Below, piece by piece: positions 23,775 through 36,160 of a stretch of DNA of 64,000 nt (positions are counted from its first letter, which is position 1; every line of letters begins with the position of its first letter). Location of the stretch: the NCBI GenBank assembly GCA_036785375.1, contig JAWMAR010000113.1:434001-498000 (forward strand). The letters are read 5' to 3'. The notes beneath the pieces were generated by a model. That model did not search any database. It was given only the letters and a program-made list of their open reading frames with translations, and was not told the DNA's origin. The DNA comes from Leucoraja ocellata. Lineage: Eukaryota. The position numbers and the translations under genes are program-made.

Positions 23775-26119
23775 GTAAGTATTTGTTTACGAATGTACAG
23801 CAACAGTAACTGTTCAGATGAAAGCATAAAAACGGCCACTGGACCTGTTAATAAAATGCGACCATTTCGAATTGTGCCAGTCCCCTTTCCTGCAGAAATA
23901 TTTTGCTAAGACGATAAACGTAAAGCTTTGGAACGAGACACCTGATATATTATATCTTTTTTTTATTCCATGGAAAAACAAACGAAAGAAATCCAAACAG
24001 AAATCCCTGTTAGTTCAGAAGGTGGCTGATAATTCTGCTGTGCCGCAATTGGAACCAGAATTACCAGATTAAAGTTTTTTTTTAGGCGAAGGTATGATGT
24101 TGACCAAAATGAATTATTGTTGTGACCTGTTAAATGTAGTCCAAAACTGGGAGGGATGTTCGGGTGTTGCCTTGGATAATTGGGCAACTACCAACTGCAG
24201 TGGAAATATACTTTAAAAAAATAAGTACACATTTTTGTTAGCTGTAGCTTTTGGATATGTTATTCATGTTTGTTATTGATGTCGTCTAACATGAGTATCG
24301 TTGACTTATTTTATAGATAAAGAGTTGGGGGGGGGGGGGGGGGGCGGGGGACGTTGGCATAAAAACAACAAAGTGTAGATTTTTTTCAATGTTTTTCAGA
24401 TGTGAAGTCTGAAATAACTGCCAGATTCTTGTATGTTAGGTAATGCGTTAAACTGACTAATTAGCAACCTTTGAACTTGAAACCAAAGTTGTATATTGAT
24501 GCCAAAGTGTAAATATTTTGGAAAGTTAACTTTAATCTTGAGTTTGCAGTGACGATAAAATAGATTATAATGGGAACTGATGTAATGTTCAGACAGCAAT
24601 TTTTAAACTACTTGAAGAAAGGGGTTTGATTGTTTTAAAAATCAAATTGGGTGAATTAACAGTTTTGTGATTGTATTGTATTTGGTATAGAATTGTTGTT
24701 GATGCTTGGAGCAAATTTTTGCTTGGTGTTAGTGAAATAATTCTGAATGAAGAAAATTGTGATTTGACTTTGGTGTTTTCAAGATTGGTCAAACCACATT
24801 TAATTGTTTCTTTATGTATCAAGAACCTGGCAATATTGTTGCAGCAGAAAGCTTCCGTAAGTGGGTTTGAAATGTTTAATGGAGAATTTTCACATGTGTA
24901 AGTGCCCACCTTTTGTAGAAAACATAATGTGAAATATTGCAAGTGGAGTACCTTTCCCTAAATGTGTTCACACGCAAACATAGCAGTGGAATGCATTGTT
25001 GTCATCCTCTTCTTAAACACTTGACTTGATATTGCTTGAATCCACTGAGGAACTGGTGCAAGATGCTGAAAAAACTATGTATGTAAATGACTGAAAGTTC
25101 AAAATCTTCCAGCGATTTGCATTATTTTAGAATACAAATGTTTCTGCTACTTTTTTTTGAGGTAATTTTTTTATCATTTTTTAAAATAAATCCTTATGGT
25201 CCAAACTAGTCTATTTTTGTGGGATTGATGGAGCTGGATTAATTAACAATCTGCAGCATTGTATTGACATTGACTAAAGGAATGGACAAATGTGATCTGA
25301 CGTGGTGGCATTGACAATAGGGACATGGCCCACTGACATCTATTGTAATATCTTCAGCTCGCCAGTTGCCCTAAGTCTCAATTTTGACATTGTAGCGTGA
25401 TAGACCTGTTAGGCCATTCAGTCCCACAGTGCTGCTTTAATAAGGTCATGGCAGATCTTTTACATCATTGGCTTTCCTTGATGTTTCCCAGTGACCCAAA
25501 GATTAATCTTGAATGATAACGGACTAGCTGCAGACCCGAGGTGGAGAGGGAGAGATTCTTAAAGGCATTCAAGCCACAGCAATGGAGATGTGTGGCGCAA
25601 TTTTTTTACAGGGTAGTGGGGACATAGAATGCATTGCCATGGTGGTGGTGAAGGCAGATATGGAATTTAAGAGGCTTTTAAATAGCTACATGGAAGTGCA
25701 GGGAATAGAGGGATATGGATCATGTACAGGCAGGTGAGATCAGTTTAACTCTGCATCATGTTCGGCACAAACATTGTGGACTGAAGGGCCTTTTCCTGTG
25801 CTGCACTGTTCTATGACTCGAATATCAGAAAATTACTAGACTAAGTGGGGGGGGGGGGGGGGGTGGTCCCCCAACGCAATATTCCGCCTCTCCACCAATT
25901 CCAATATTGGTGGCCTGTGGGGGGGGGGGGTGGCTTTCTGGAGCGCTGGTATGGGTGTTGTTGGCTGCAAGGCCTACTGGTCTCCAGAGGGCTAGTATGG
26001 ACATTGTGGGCCAAATGGATTCTTGGGCTGGCAGCTCAGTCCCTCAAGCCTGATGTGCTGGCAGCTCACTCACAGCTGGTGGGCTGGCAGTTGACTCACG
26101 GCTATTCCTTGAAATTCCG

Positions 26120-26420
26120 TTTCAAGCAGAGTGCAAGGCCACCAAATTCAAATCCATTTTCCTACCATTTCAAGCAGGGTGCAAGGCCACCAAATTCAAA
26201 TGCAGTTTCCAACCACTTCAAGCAGGGTGCAAGGCCACCAAATTCAAGTGCCGTTTCATACCATTTCAAGGAGGGTGCAAGGCTACCAAATTCAAATGCA
26301 GTTCATACCATTTCATGCAGGGTGCAACAACACCACATTCAAATGCAGTTTCATACCATTTCATGCAGGATGCAAGGCCACCACATTCAAATGCAGTTTC
26401 ATACCATTTCAAGCAGGGTG
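26120..26420. repeat. 48-bp minisatellite (about 6 copies) inside Helitron
   Basis: GTGCAAGG recurs at 26131, 26179 and 26227. Confidence 0.9.
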
Positions 26421-26812
26421 AAACTACCATAAACCACACAAAACACCACACTCACAGTTCAGTAGACATTCAGTGTTCAGTTGATTCACAGCTCAGACAG
26501 AGTAGTGACCTCTCCCTTCCCCCCCCCCCCCCCATCATGCAGAGACTGAGCCACACCCACACTTTCGTTTTTTATAATCCCTCCCCCTCCCACCGGAAAA
26601 GGTGTGGCCTTCATGGCGTGATTGACAGGAGAGAGATTCTCAACATTTTTTAAACACTAAAAACATTTTTATTTTTCATTGATGGGAAGAATCCTCTGCA
26701 CCTGATGAGCGGAGGGGGACTGAGTAAGATGGCCAAAAATCACAGCCGTAAGTGGTAGCGTTTTATCTAAAATCGATATAGTTCAAACAGGAAGTTGTCA
26801 AGTTTAGACAAA

Positions 26813-27150
26813 CAACCATTTGCAGTGCCTTTTCACTTCAACCCAAAACCCCCAAACAACCATTTGCAGTGCCTTTTTACTTCAACCCAAAACCCCCAAT
26901 CAACCATTTGCAGTGCCTTTTTACTTCAACCCAAAACCCCCAATCTACCATTTGCACTGCCTTTTTACTTCAACCCCAAACCCCCAAACAACCATTTGCA
27001 GTGCCTTTTTACTTCAACCCCAAACCCCCAATCTACCATTTGCACTGCCTTTTTACTTCAACCCAAAACCCCCAAACAACCATTTGCACTGCCTTTTTAC
27101 TTCAACCCCAAACCCCCAAACAACCATTTGCAGTGCCTTTTTACTTCAAA
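26813..27150. repeat. 44-bp minisatellite (about 8 copies) inside Helitron
   Basis: Unit CAACCATTTGCAGTGCCTTTTTACTTCAACCCAAAACCCCCAAA. Confidence 0.95.
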
Positions 27151-27839
27151 CTAACCATATTTTCATTTTCAAACCACATTAAGGGCACTCACAGTTGAGT
27201 AGACATGTGTTCAGTGTTATTCAGAAAGAACTGACCCTCTCGCTTCTTCGATCTTGCAGACTGAGTGAGGCACACCACTTCCGGGTTTATAGTCCCTCCC
27301 CCCTCCCACCAGCAGGGGCAGCAGAGAGAATGGTGAAATTTTTTTAAACATTAATATCTCTCCGATTTTTCATCGATGAGTAAAATCGTCTGGTCCAGTC
27401 CGGCGGAGGGGAGCTCTGAGCGAGGTGGCCAAAAATGATGGCCGTAAGTGGCGCCGTTCTCTCGAAAATCACATTGCAGTCAGAAGCGGTCAAGATCTTA
27501 CTTTTAGTAATATAGATAGATGAAACGGGAGGCCATATAGCCCAATACGTTCACGTCAGCCAAAAAAGTAGTTGTTTAGTATAACTACCACTTCCTAGCG
27601 ATGCCATAACTCTAAGTCCTTATCTGGGTACTCTTTGTAAAGGTGAGGGTTTCTGCTTCTGCCTTCGGAGTAGGTTCCTTGCAACTATGGGTGAGGAAAA
27701 TGGTGGGAAACATTCCTTCTCTTGCTGACTCTAATTAATTAATTTAATTCGGAGTTTTATATAACTTTATCATGCTGATATATTTAGTGTGTCTGCCAAA
27801 AGATTAAGTATTTTAAATGCTTTCTTAATCCCAACCTCT

Positions 27840-28772
27840 AGAAACATTGAAAAATAGGTGCAGGAATAGGCCTTTCAAGCCAGCACCGTCATATGATCAA
27901 GGCTGATCATCTAAAATATGTATCCCTTTCCTGCTTTTTCCCCATATCCCTTGATTCCTTTAGCCCTAAGAGCTAAATCTAACTCTCTTGAAAACATCCA
28001 GCGAATTGGCCTGCACTGCCTTATGTGGCAGAGAAGTCCACAGATTCACACCTCTCTGGGTGAATAAGTTTTTCCTCATCTCAGTCCTAAATGGCCTACC
28101 TCTTATTCTTAAACTGTGAACCCTGGTTCTCGACTCGCCCATCATCGGGACCATTTTTCCTGCATCTGGCCTGTCCAATCCTTTAAGAATTTTATATGTT
28201 TCTATAAGATCTCCTCAAATCCTCCTAAATTCCAGTGAATACATGCCCTGTCGCCCCATTCTTTCTTCATATGTCAGTCCCACCATCCCGGGAATTAACC
28301 TGGTGAACCTGAGCTGCACTCCCTCAATAGCAATAATGTCCTTCCTCAAATTAAGAGACCAAAATTGCACACGATACTCCAGGTGTGGTCTCACCAGGGC
28401 CCTATACAACTGCAGTAGGACCTCCTTGCTCCGAAACTCAAATCGTCATGCAATGAAGGTCAACATAGCTTTCTTCACTGCCTGCTGTACTTGCATGTTT
28501 TCTTTCAGTGACTGATGTACAAGCACACCCAGGTCTCGTTGCACCTCCCCTTTTTGTAATCTGACACCATTCAGATAATAATCTGCCTTCTTGTTCTTGC
28601 CACCAAAGTGGATAACCTCACATTTATCCACATTATACTGCATCTGCCCAATCGCCCAACCTATTCAGATCACCCTGCAGCCTCATAGCATCCTCATCAC
28701 AGCTCACACTGCCACCCAGCTTTATCTCATCCACAAACTTGGAGTTGTCACATTTAATTCCCTCGTCTAAAT
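27840..28772 (-). mobile_element. CR1 LINE 3' fragment
   Basis: ORFs 28446-28643, 28215-28409 and 27966-28178 are consecutive CR1 ORF2 pieces. Confidence 0.92.
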
Positions 28773-28984
28773 CAGGAACTGATCCGGGATTCCTATGTTC
28801 CTCCATGTGACTCGCTCATCATGCCTTAGTTTGCTCTGCCTAAACCTTGCACTTCAATGCATTGAATTCCATTTATTATTTTTGTTCCCATCTTGTCAAA
28901 TGATAGATTCATGCAACCTAGAAGTTCTCTCCATGTGGCCAATTTTGGTTCAGCAGCAAACTGTCCAATTGTGGCCCATTGTGT

Positions 28985-29391
28985 GTTCTACCACATACGG
29001 TGCCTCAGGAAGGCCGTCAGCATCCATCAAGACTCCTCACACCCTTGTAATGGACTGTTCAAACTACTTCCCTCCGGCAAACGTTACAAGGCCTTCTATG
29101 CACGAACCTCCAAACTCAGGGACAGCTACATTCCCAGAGCTATAGCGGCTCGGAAACCGGCCCTGCTGAGTGCCCCCCACCCCCCCTGGACTGTCTCCCT
29201 CGGATGGTCACGTCGCACAGACACATCTGTACTTTAGTCTGTTTGAACTGTTTTGACTATTTTACTGATCTTTTTACAATCCATGTTCTCCGGGTATCTA
29301 AATCAATATTTTATTAGTTATTTATGCTATGACATCGGATGGAAGCTGCATACCAAATCTCATTACGCTTATGTGCAATGACAATAAAATA

Positions 29392-29420
<29 letters not shown>
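28985..29420 (+). mobile_element. Rex1/Babar-type LINE 3' end with (TTA)n tail
   Basis: SHPCNGLFKLLPSGKRY...RDSYIPRAI C-terminal motif. Confidence 0.85.
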
Positions 29421-29422
<2 letters not shown>

Positions 29423-29929
29423 CGTTAATATAATATGGGTTACAATACCTTGTACTGAGCCCTGGAAACTCGTGTTCATTAAAATCTGCCAAACAGTGAC
29501 TCATTTTGAGAAGGCAAAGAATAATCTCTAATTCGATGTTACTTTCTTTTGGATTTCCAGCGCTTCGACTTTTGTAGTCAATGTAAGGTGAGTCTTTATC
29601 AAGTTCCTCTGAAATCCAGGTAGACCACATAAAATATTATATCTTGGGGAACCAAAACATTGCACACACTAGAAAATGGAGCAAAAGTTAAACTGCTGGA
29701 GGAACTGAGGGAGTTAAGCTGCATCTGGGAAGGGAGGAAGAAAATTATATCTTTCATTGATCCTCTTTATTGCCAGGTACATCAGGTGTACGTCTCTTAA
29801 ATCTACGCCAAGTCCAAAATACTGATTGTGTTGTCCCTCAATTTTTCCAAAGTACCCCCTATTACTTGTGAAGACACTACGAGCTTGAATTCATACAGCA
29901 CTGTCTCTTTTGTAAACCAACATCTACAT

Positions 29930-31130
29930 TTAGAAACATAGAAAATAGGTGCAAGAGTAGGCCATTCGGTCCTTCGAGCCATTCAATATGATCATGGCTG
30001 ATCATCCAAAATCAGTACCCCGGTCCTGATTTTTTTTTTTTCCACCATGTCCCTTGATTCATAGTCATAGAGTCATACAGCACGGAAACAGGCCCTTTGG
30101 CCCAACATGCCCTCGCCGACCAATATGCCCCATCTACACTCGTGCCACCTGCCTGCGTTTGGCCCATATCTCTCTAAAACTGTCCTATCCTTGTTTAAAT
30201 GTGATTTAAATGTTATTGAAACATTGTTATAGTACCTGCCTCAACTACCTCCAGCAGCTCGTTCCATATACCTAACAGCCTTTGTGTAAAAAAGTTATTA
30301 AATCTTTCTCCCCCTCACCTTAAACTTATGTTCTCAGGTTCTTGATTTCCTTATTCGGAGTATAATACTCTGTGCATTCACCTGGTCTATTCCCATCATG
30401 ATCTCATACACTGAAGGTCTGAACAGTAGCAAGCGATTTAAATTTGAATCATTAAATGTACGGCAAATAAAAATTACCCGTAGTGACGACATAAATCTCT
30501 TGGATTGTTGCGGTTCTATCTGGTCTATGTAACTCCATATGTACAGCAATCTAATTGTGTCTCTGAACTGACCTAGCAAGCTGTTTGCTGCAGTAATTAG
30601 TGATGATTCCGTTGGCCCTAAGAGCTAAATCTAACTTTATCTTGAAAACATCCTGTGAATTGGCCTCCACTGCCCTCCGTGGCAGAGAATTCCACAGATT
30701 CACGACTCTCTGGGTGAAAAAAATGTTCCTCATCTCAGTCCTACTACCCCTTATTCTTAAACTGTGACCCCCTGGTTCTAGGCTCACCGTAACATGGGAA
30801 CATTTTTCCTGCATCTAGCCTGTCCAATCCCATAAGAATTTTATATGTTTCTATAAGATCCCCTCTCCACTGAAATTCCACTGAATACAAGCCCAGTCGA
30901 CCCATTCTTTCTTCACATGTCAGTCCCGCCATCCCGGGAATTAACCTGGTGAACAAAACACTGCCCTCCTTCAATAGCAAGAATGTCCTTCCTCAAATTA
31001 GGGGAACAAAACTGCACACAATACTCCAGGTGTGGTCTCACCAGGGCCCTGTACAACTGCAGTAGGACCTCCTTGCTCCTAAACTCAAATCCTCTTGCAA
31101 TTAAGGTAAATATGTCATTAGCTTTCTTCA
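29930..31130 (-). mobile_element. Nested CR1 3' fragments
   Basis: LYRALVRPHLEYCVQF and RVVNLWNSLP motifs; a second CR1-type tail is inserted at about 30060-30410. Confidence 0.85.
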
Positions 31131-31313
31131 TTAGTTTTTTTTTCTACCCATCGCTTGTGTTCAGCCGAAACTGCTTCTGCTGGACTATTTTTCTCCTTTT
31201 TAAACAATGGTAATAGACCTATTAATGAGAAAAGGGAAAATACATCATTTACTCCCTTACAGCTGCTTAAGAGCCTGGAATACTAATTTCTCAAAACCTA
31301 CATAGAACAATAC

Positions 31314-32069
31314 TGTAATTATGTTCCTAGAGCTAACCCCCCTTAGTCTAGTTCAGTAAAACACCGAGTCAAGCATTGGACCACTAAACTTTTATTTTAT
31401 GAAACAATAACAAATTCCTTATACAATACTGCCTATACAACACTGCCGGATCGATCCTTGTCTCTGCTTGTCCAAGCCCTTCAGCCTCGTGCAAGCAGTT
31501 ACTTCCAAAAGGTTACACAGTCCCAAGCGCTCCTCCAGAAGATCGACAACGAACCTCGTGGCGGTTACCTTTTATAGGTCAACGAACCCTGTGGGGCAGA
31601 TCTATATGGGGGTGGTACCCCTACAAACCAATCACAGATATCGATTACGTTAAAGTGTTATTGACAGTTCCCCAATCCAATTACAAAGCACCCCATTACA
31701 ATGTTTCTACAGAAGCTTCTGGAAGGAAGTCAATCAATCAAGTAATGCAACATTCTCCTGGGGAGTATAAACAATTCAAACAAGGCCAATCATCAAACAG
31801 TAACACAAACACCTTGCAACATTATTAGCAGTATTTTCAATCCTTCTGCAGCCAGCCAATCATGCTAATGCATCTGCAACACCTTTGGGTTTCTCTGTAA
31901 AGTCTTCATACATTTTAACAATAGAGAGGACATCTGGATCTTTCCTTATCCTGCATATTAATCTAGGGTCCAGACTAGCTGGCGTCAATCCACAGCCTGC
32001 AGCTTTTTACAGACAGAGGCCCAGCAGGTCTTGCAGATGCAAAGGTTTTCCATTTTATATATCTATAAC
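31314..32069 (-). repeat. ERV 3' LTR
   Basis: Ends in CA on the minus strand (TGTAATTATG on plus). TATAAAA at about 31571-31577 and AATAAA at about 31391-31396. Homologous to 37656-38134. Confidence 0.85.
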
Positions 32070-33012
32070 TGTTCTACAAGTCCAGCAGCCTGTGGTCGAT
32101 AAGCAAAGCGCAATTGCTGCTGGATCCCTAGCTGTTTACAAAATTCTTTATTGATTTGTCCAATAAGGTGTGGACCGTTATCTGATCTAAGTCGAATAGG
32201 GATGCCAAATCTTGGGACAATTGCTCTCATTAACACCTTGACAACAGTAGCCACTTTATTATCAAGGGTTGGGTAAGCTTCGATCCACCGACTGTATACA
32301 TCGACTATGACAAGTACATATTTATAACCCTAGCACCTTTCTAATTTGATATTCCATCTGTAGTGACCCATAGGCAATGGTGCTTTTCCCTCTTCGCATC
32401 CTATTCCTTTCCCTGGATTGTATTTCTGGTAGACCAGGCAATTACTTCTTACCTTCTGAGCTAAAGTTTGTAATCTTGGATGCCACCAAGTAGCCAAAAG
32501 AGTGTCTCCTACTGCCCTTGCACCACAATGGGTTGCATAGTGCATACATTCTATAACCCATACTGCCAAAGAATCTGTCATTCAAGTTTGCCCTGCTGGA
32601 GTTGACCATAGTCCAGTCATACAATCCAGTACACACCCAAGCTGTCTCCATTGTTCTTTATCCCTTTCAGTAGCCTCCCCCTGCAATTGAACAATTTCTT
32701 GGATGGTTGGCATCAGTCTCTCCGAGGGGGACTTGTTATTTGAACTTTTAGTCTTCCTCATCATTTTTGGTACTACCATCTTACGTTCCCATTACATTTT
32801 CTTTGTTGCTAAATCGGCATTACGATTCCCAATATCTATTGGAGTCTGTCTTTTTGTGTGGGCGCTACATTTCATAACATAAATTTGTCTGGGTAGCATT
32901 AAGGCCTTCAATAAATCTGTCACCAATTGTTTATTTGAAATTTGAGTCCCTGCTGAAGTTAGAAATCCCCTATTTTTCCATAATTGTCCGAAATCATGTA
33001 CCATTCCAAACC
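32070..33012 (-). pseudogene. pol: ERV RNase H C-terminal half and integrase N-terminal/core remnant
   Basis: FGMVHDFGQLWKNRGFLTS...KCSAH...GNRNAD; HYATH...C zinc-binding region; RFGIPIRLRSDNGPH...YRPQAAGLVE. Confidence 0.88.
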
Positions 33013-33059
33013 AGATGATGACGTGGGTGGGTCCTTGGGGCCTGATAGAATTCAACAAC

Positions 33060-33407
33060 ATATTGATTAGACAAATTTTGCTTTTGATAATTATTCGGGT
33101 CTGCCATGGTGATTGCCCTTTGTACCATTGCTCCTAGATCTTTTGCACTCGCTGGGTTATTAACCTTTCGGGTAATGTGAGGAGCAATTCCTGCAGTTCT
33201 CTTCCATAATTTTACTGGTATGTCAGCGTATTCAGCAGCTCCTTCCCTTCCTTCAACTAGTGCCAAACATTTTACCTCCTTGGCCTGTCCATCATGTGAT
33301 TTAAAGAAGGCCTCCAGCTCTTTGTTCTTCCCACTCCTGTCGTAAGCCAGTGGAATATGGAATGGGGGTTCTTCATCCAGATCTAAGGACCACCATTGGG
33401 GGGTCAC
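33060..33407 (-). pseudogene. 2H phosphoesterase-like domain of ERV pol
   Basis: FHIPL and PHIT motifs 60 residues apart, immediately after the protease. Confidence 0.6.
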
Positions 33408-33449
33408 TATGGAATAACATTGCCTTAAGGGAGCCCAGAGGTCACTACT

Positions 33450-33770
33450 ATTCCTTTATCACCACCTTCTCTCTTCAATTGGAAAGCACAGAGTAAATCT
33501 CTAGCCAGTAGATTGCAATCCAATCCGATTGTTATCACAAATGTATGTTTGATTGCCTTTCCTTTGTACTATACTTCAACTGGCTCAGAGATGGGATACT
33601 GGCAGACTTATCCTTGAAAACCGGACAGGTTCTGAACGTCTTTTGATTTGGGGAGATTGTAAATTGATTGGAGAGATGACATGGATGGGCCTGTGTCTAT
33701 CAAGAAGGTGCAGGTTTTCCCTTCTACTTGTAGTAATAGCATAGGTTCTTTGTCAGACTTGCATCCAGTC
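33450..33770 (-). pseudogene. pro: ERV aspartic protease remnant
   Basis: EPMLLLQVEGKTCTFLIDTGPSMS (DTG at 33689-33697) and NLLARDLL. Confidence 0.85.
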
Positions 33771-33783
33771 ACCATTAAGTTTG

Positions 33784-35092
33784 CTAATCATAGGCGTATA
33801 AATGGATTATTTGGGGTGAATGATATTTGCCCTCTTGGTTCTTGATTTTCCTGCCAGTTCCCTCTTTGCTCTCTATTATCTCGTTGCTCTCTGGGATCTC
33901 TCCACTCCCTCCGATCCTGGAAATTTCTTCTGTGACTCCCTCTTTCGTTCCTTTCCCTAGTTGGCACTCCCTACTCCAGTGACCTATTCCTCCACACGTA
34001 TAACACTGGCCTACTCCTGATGTTCGGTTCTTTCTCAAACTTGGTATTCAGTCACATTAGTGGGAAAGCAATTCAGTCATTGGGCTTCCATGGGGTATAG
34101 ACTTTTATTGTACGGGGATTATTTGCAGTCACTACATTGGCCGGATCAAAAGAAGGCTTAGGCATTTCCCTGACGGGGTACGGCCTTCGGGTTACCTGTT
34201 TTGTGTTTATACTTTCTGCCATATCGGGATCTATCTCAGTTTCTTGAATTATTGTCTCACTCCCAGATATATCTTCCTCTTCCCTAGGGGGTTCATGGTA
34301 CCTTCTAAATGACTCATTTTCCTCTCTCGCTCCTCATCTAACTCGTCTAGGTTTAGGCTCACAAGAAGACGCTGGTTGCTGTACACTTCCCCTACACTCC
34401 TTGTCCTTAACTACTTGAATTGACTTTTCTGTTTTGCTTCTGGTGCCGTGAATTACTGGACTGTCTATTGTCAAGGGAGCGGTCGGGGTTAAAGAATCTT
34501 GTGCTGCAGAATCTGATTGTTCCAATTACAAGCTGACCAATGTGTCTGAAGTGCGGGGAACGCAAGTCGGGCGGGGGCCATGAATTTCTAATTTTAACAC
34601 TTTCCCAATCCTCTAAATACTCATCTTCGTCCCCCCTCAAAACTAACGGCAACCATCGGGTCCTCAGATTTGAGACCTATTGGTGCCAGTTTCCCTTTGG
34701 AAGATTTCCTTCTCCCTTTCTCTATTATATATCTCTAGAGATGCCTGGAGGTCGGTACACTTCAGTATCCTCCAGTTCTATACCACGCTTTAAAGTTGCT
34801 TCCTTCCTACTTACCACTCTACTTGCTTTCTGTTCCTCATATTTTTTCCACAATCCAATTAACTCCTTTGCCTCCTCACTGTTGCTACATTGCTGAATAA
34901 TCTGTCCAATGCATTTCACTCCCTTCAATGTTCCAACGCCCCCCCCGCGTGCCAAAATTCATCCCCTAATTCTTTCTTTAATGTCCCTGAGAAATTCCTC
35001 AATCTTTCAGCATTATGTGGAAATTCACTGCAGAATAAGTGCAATGGACTTTCGGAGTCCTCAGTCAAATCCCTTTCCACATTATTTCCCAT
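33784..35092 (-). pseudogene. gag: ERV gag remnant (MA to NC; capsid apparently deleted)
   Basis: MGNNVERD start at 35092; CYTCGGIGHWSREC zinc knuckle; multiple frameshifts. Confidence 0.8.
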
Positions 35093-35237
35093 GATTGCAG
35101 AAAATGGAAACAAACTCCTAAACCACTCGCACCTTAACAATTCACGCTTCCCTCACAATCTCTGAGGCTATCAAACTCGCTCCCGAACAATGGGCAAAGC
35201 TCCGTAGCACGTCAACAGTCTCGCACTTCACACAAAA

Positions 35238-36160
35238 CAATAATAATAATAATAATAATAATATCTTTTATTGTCATTGCACATAAGTGCAACGAGATTT
35301 GGTATGCAGCTTCCATCCGATGTCATAACATAAATAACTAATAAAATTTTGATTTAGGTACCCCGAGAACATGGTTTGTAAAAGAACAGTAAAATAGTCA
35401 AAACAGTTCAAACAGACTAAAGTGCATATGTGTCTGTGCGACGTGCCCATCCGAGGGAGACAGTCCGGGGGGGTGGGGGGCACTCAGCAGGGCCGGTTCA
35501 GAGCTGTGATAGCTCTGGGAATGAAGCTGTTCCTGAGTCTGGAGGTTCGGGCGTAGAAGGCCTTGTAATGTCTGCCGGAGGGAAGTAGTTCGAACAGTCC
35601 ATTACAAGGGTGTGAGGAGTCTTTATGGATGCTGACGGCCTTCCTGAGGCATCGTGTGTGGTAGATGCCCTCCAAGGCTGGTAGCGGTGTCCCAATGATC
35701 TTCTGCGCCCTGTGGACGACGCGCTGAAGAGTTCTCCTCTCCGCCTCCATGCAGCTGACATGCCACACAGAGATGCCATACGTTAATATGCTCTCTGTGG
35801 TGCAAGGTAGAAGGTTGTGAGCAGCTGTTGGGGCAGACCGGTCTTTTTTAATGTCCTCAGGAAGAACAGTCATTGCTGTGCCTTCGTGACCAGCGCAGCG
35901 GTGTTGATGGACCATGTGAGGTCTTCTGAAATGTGAGTGCCCAGAAACTTAAAGCTGGACGCTCTCTCCACACTGTCCCCGTAGATGGAGATTGGGGCGT
36001 ATTCTCCATTATGGGACCTTCTGAAGTCAATAAACAGCTCCTGGGAGGTGTTTAGTGACAAGTTGTTACATGCGCACTAGTCCACCAGGTTCTGCACCTC
36101 CGCTCTATATTTTGTTTCATCACCTTTGGTGATCAGCCCAATCACTGTTGTGTCGTCTGA
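35238..36160 (-). mobile_element. Rex1/Babar-type LINE 3' fragment inserted in the ERV leader
   Basis: DDTTVIGLI..., FKFLGTHISEDLTW, ESILTYGISVW and LLPSGRHY motifs; (TAA)n tail. Confidence 0.9.

Larger units (their letters stand above)
25836..27520 (-). mobile_element. Complete non-autonomous Helitron
   Basis: Minus strand reads A|TCTATCTATATTACTAAAAG...CACTTAGTCTAG|T, inserted in an AT dinucleotide with no TSD. Confidence 0.75.

Noticed and set aside
23436-23909. 157-aa ORF overlapping GET1 exon 1, including an in-frame upstream ATG at 23667
   Set aside because: Only 23685-23774 matches GET1; the rest is promoter or intron read-through. The 6-aa extension is unsupported.
26795-27198. Repetitive ORFs / CRISPR-like periodicity
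   Set aside because: Head-to-tail 44-bp minisatellite without unique spacers, in eukaryotic DNA.
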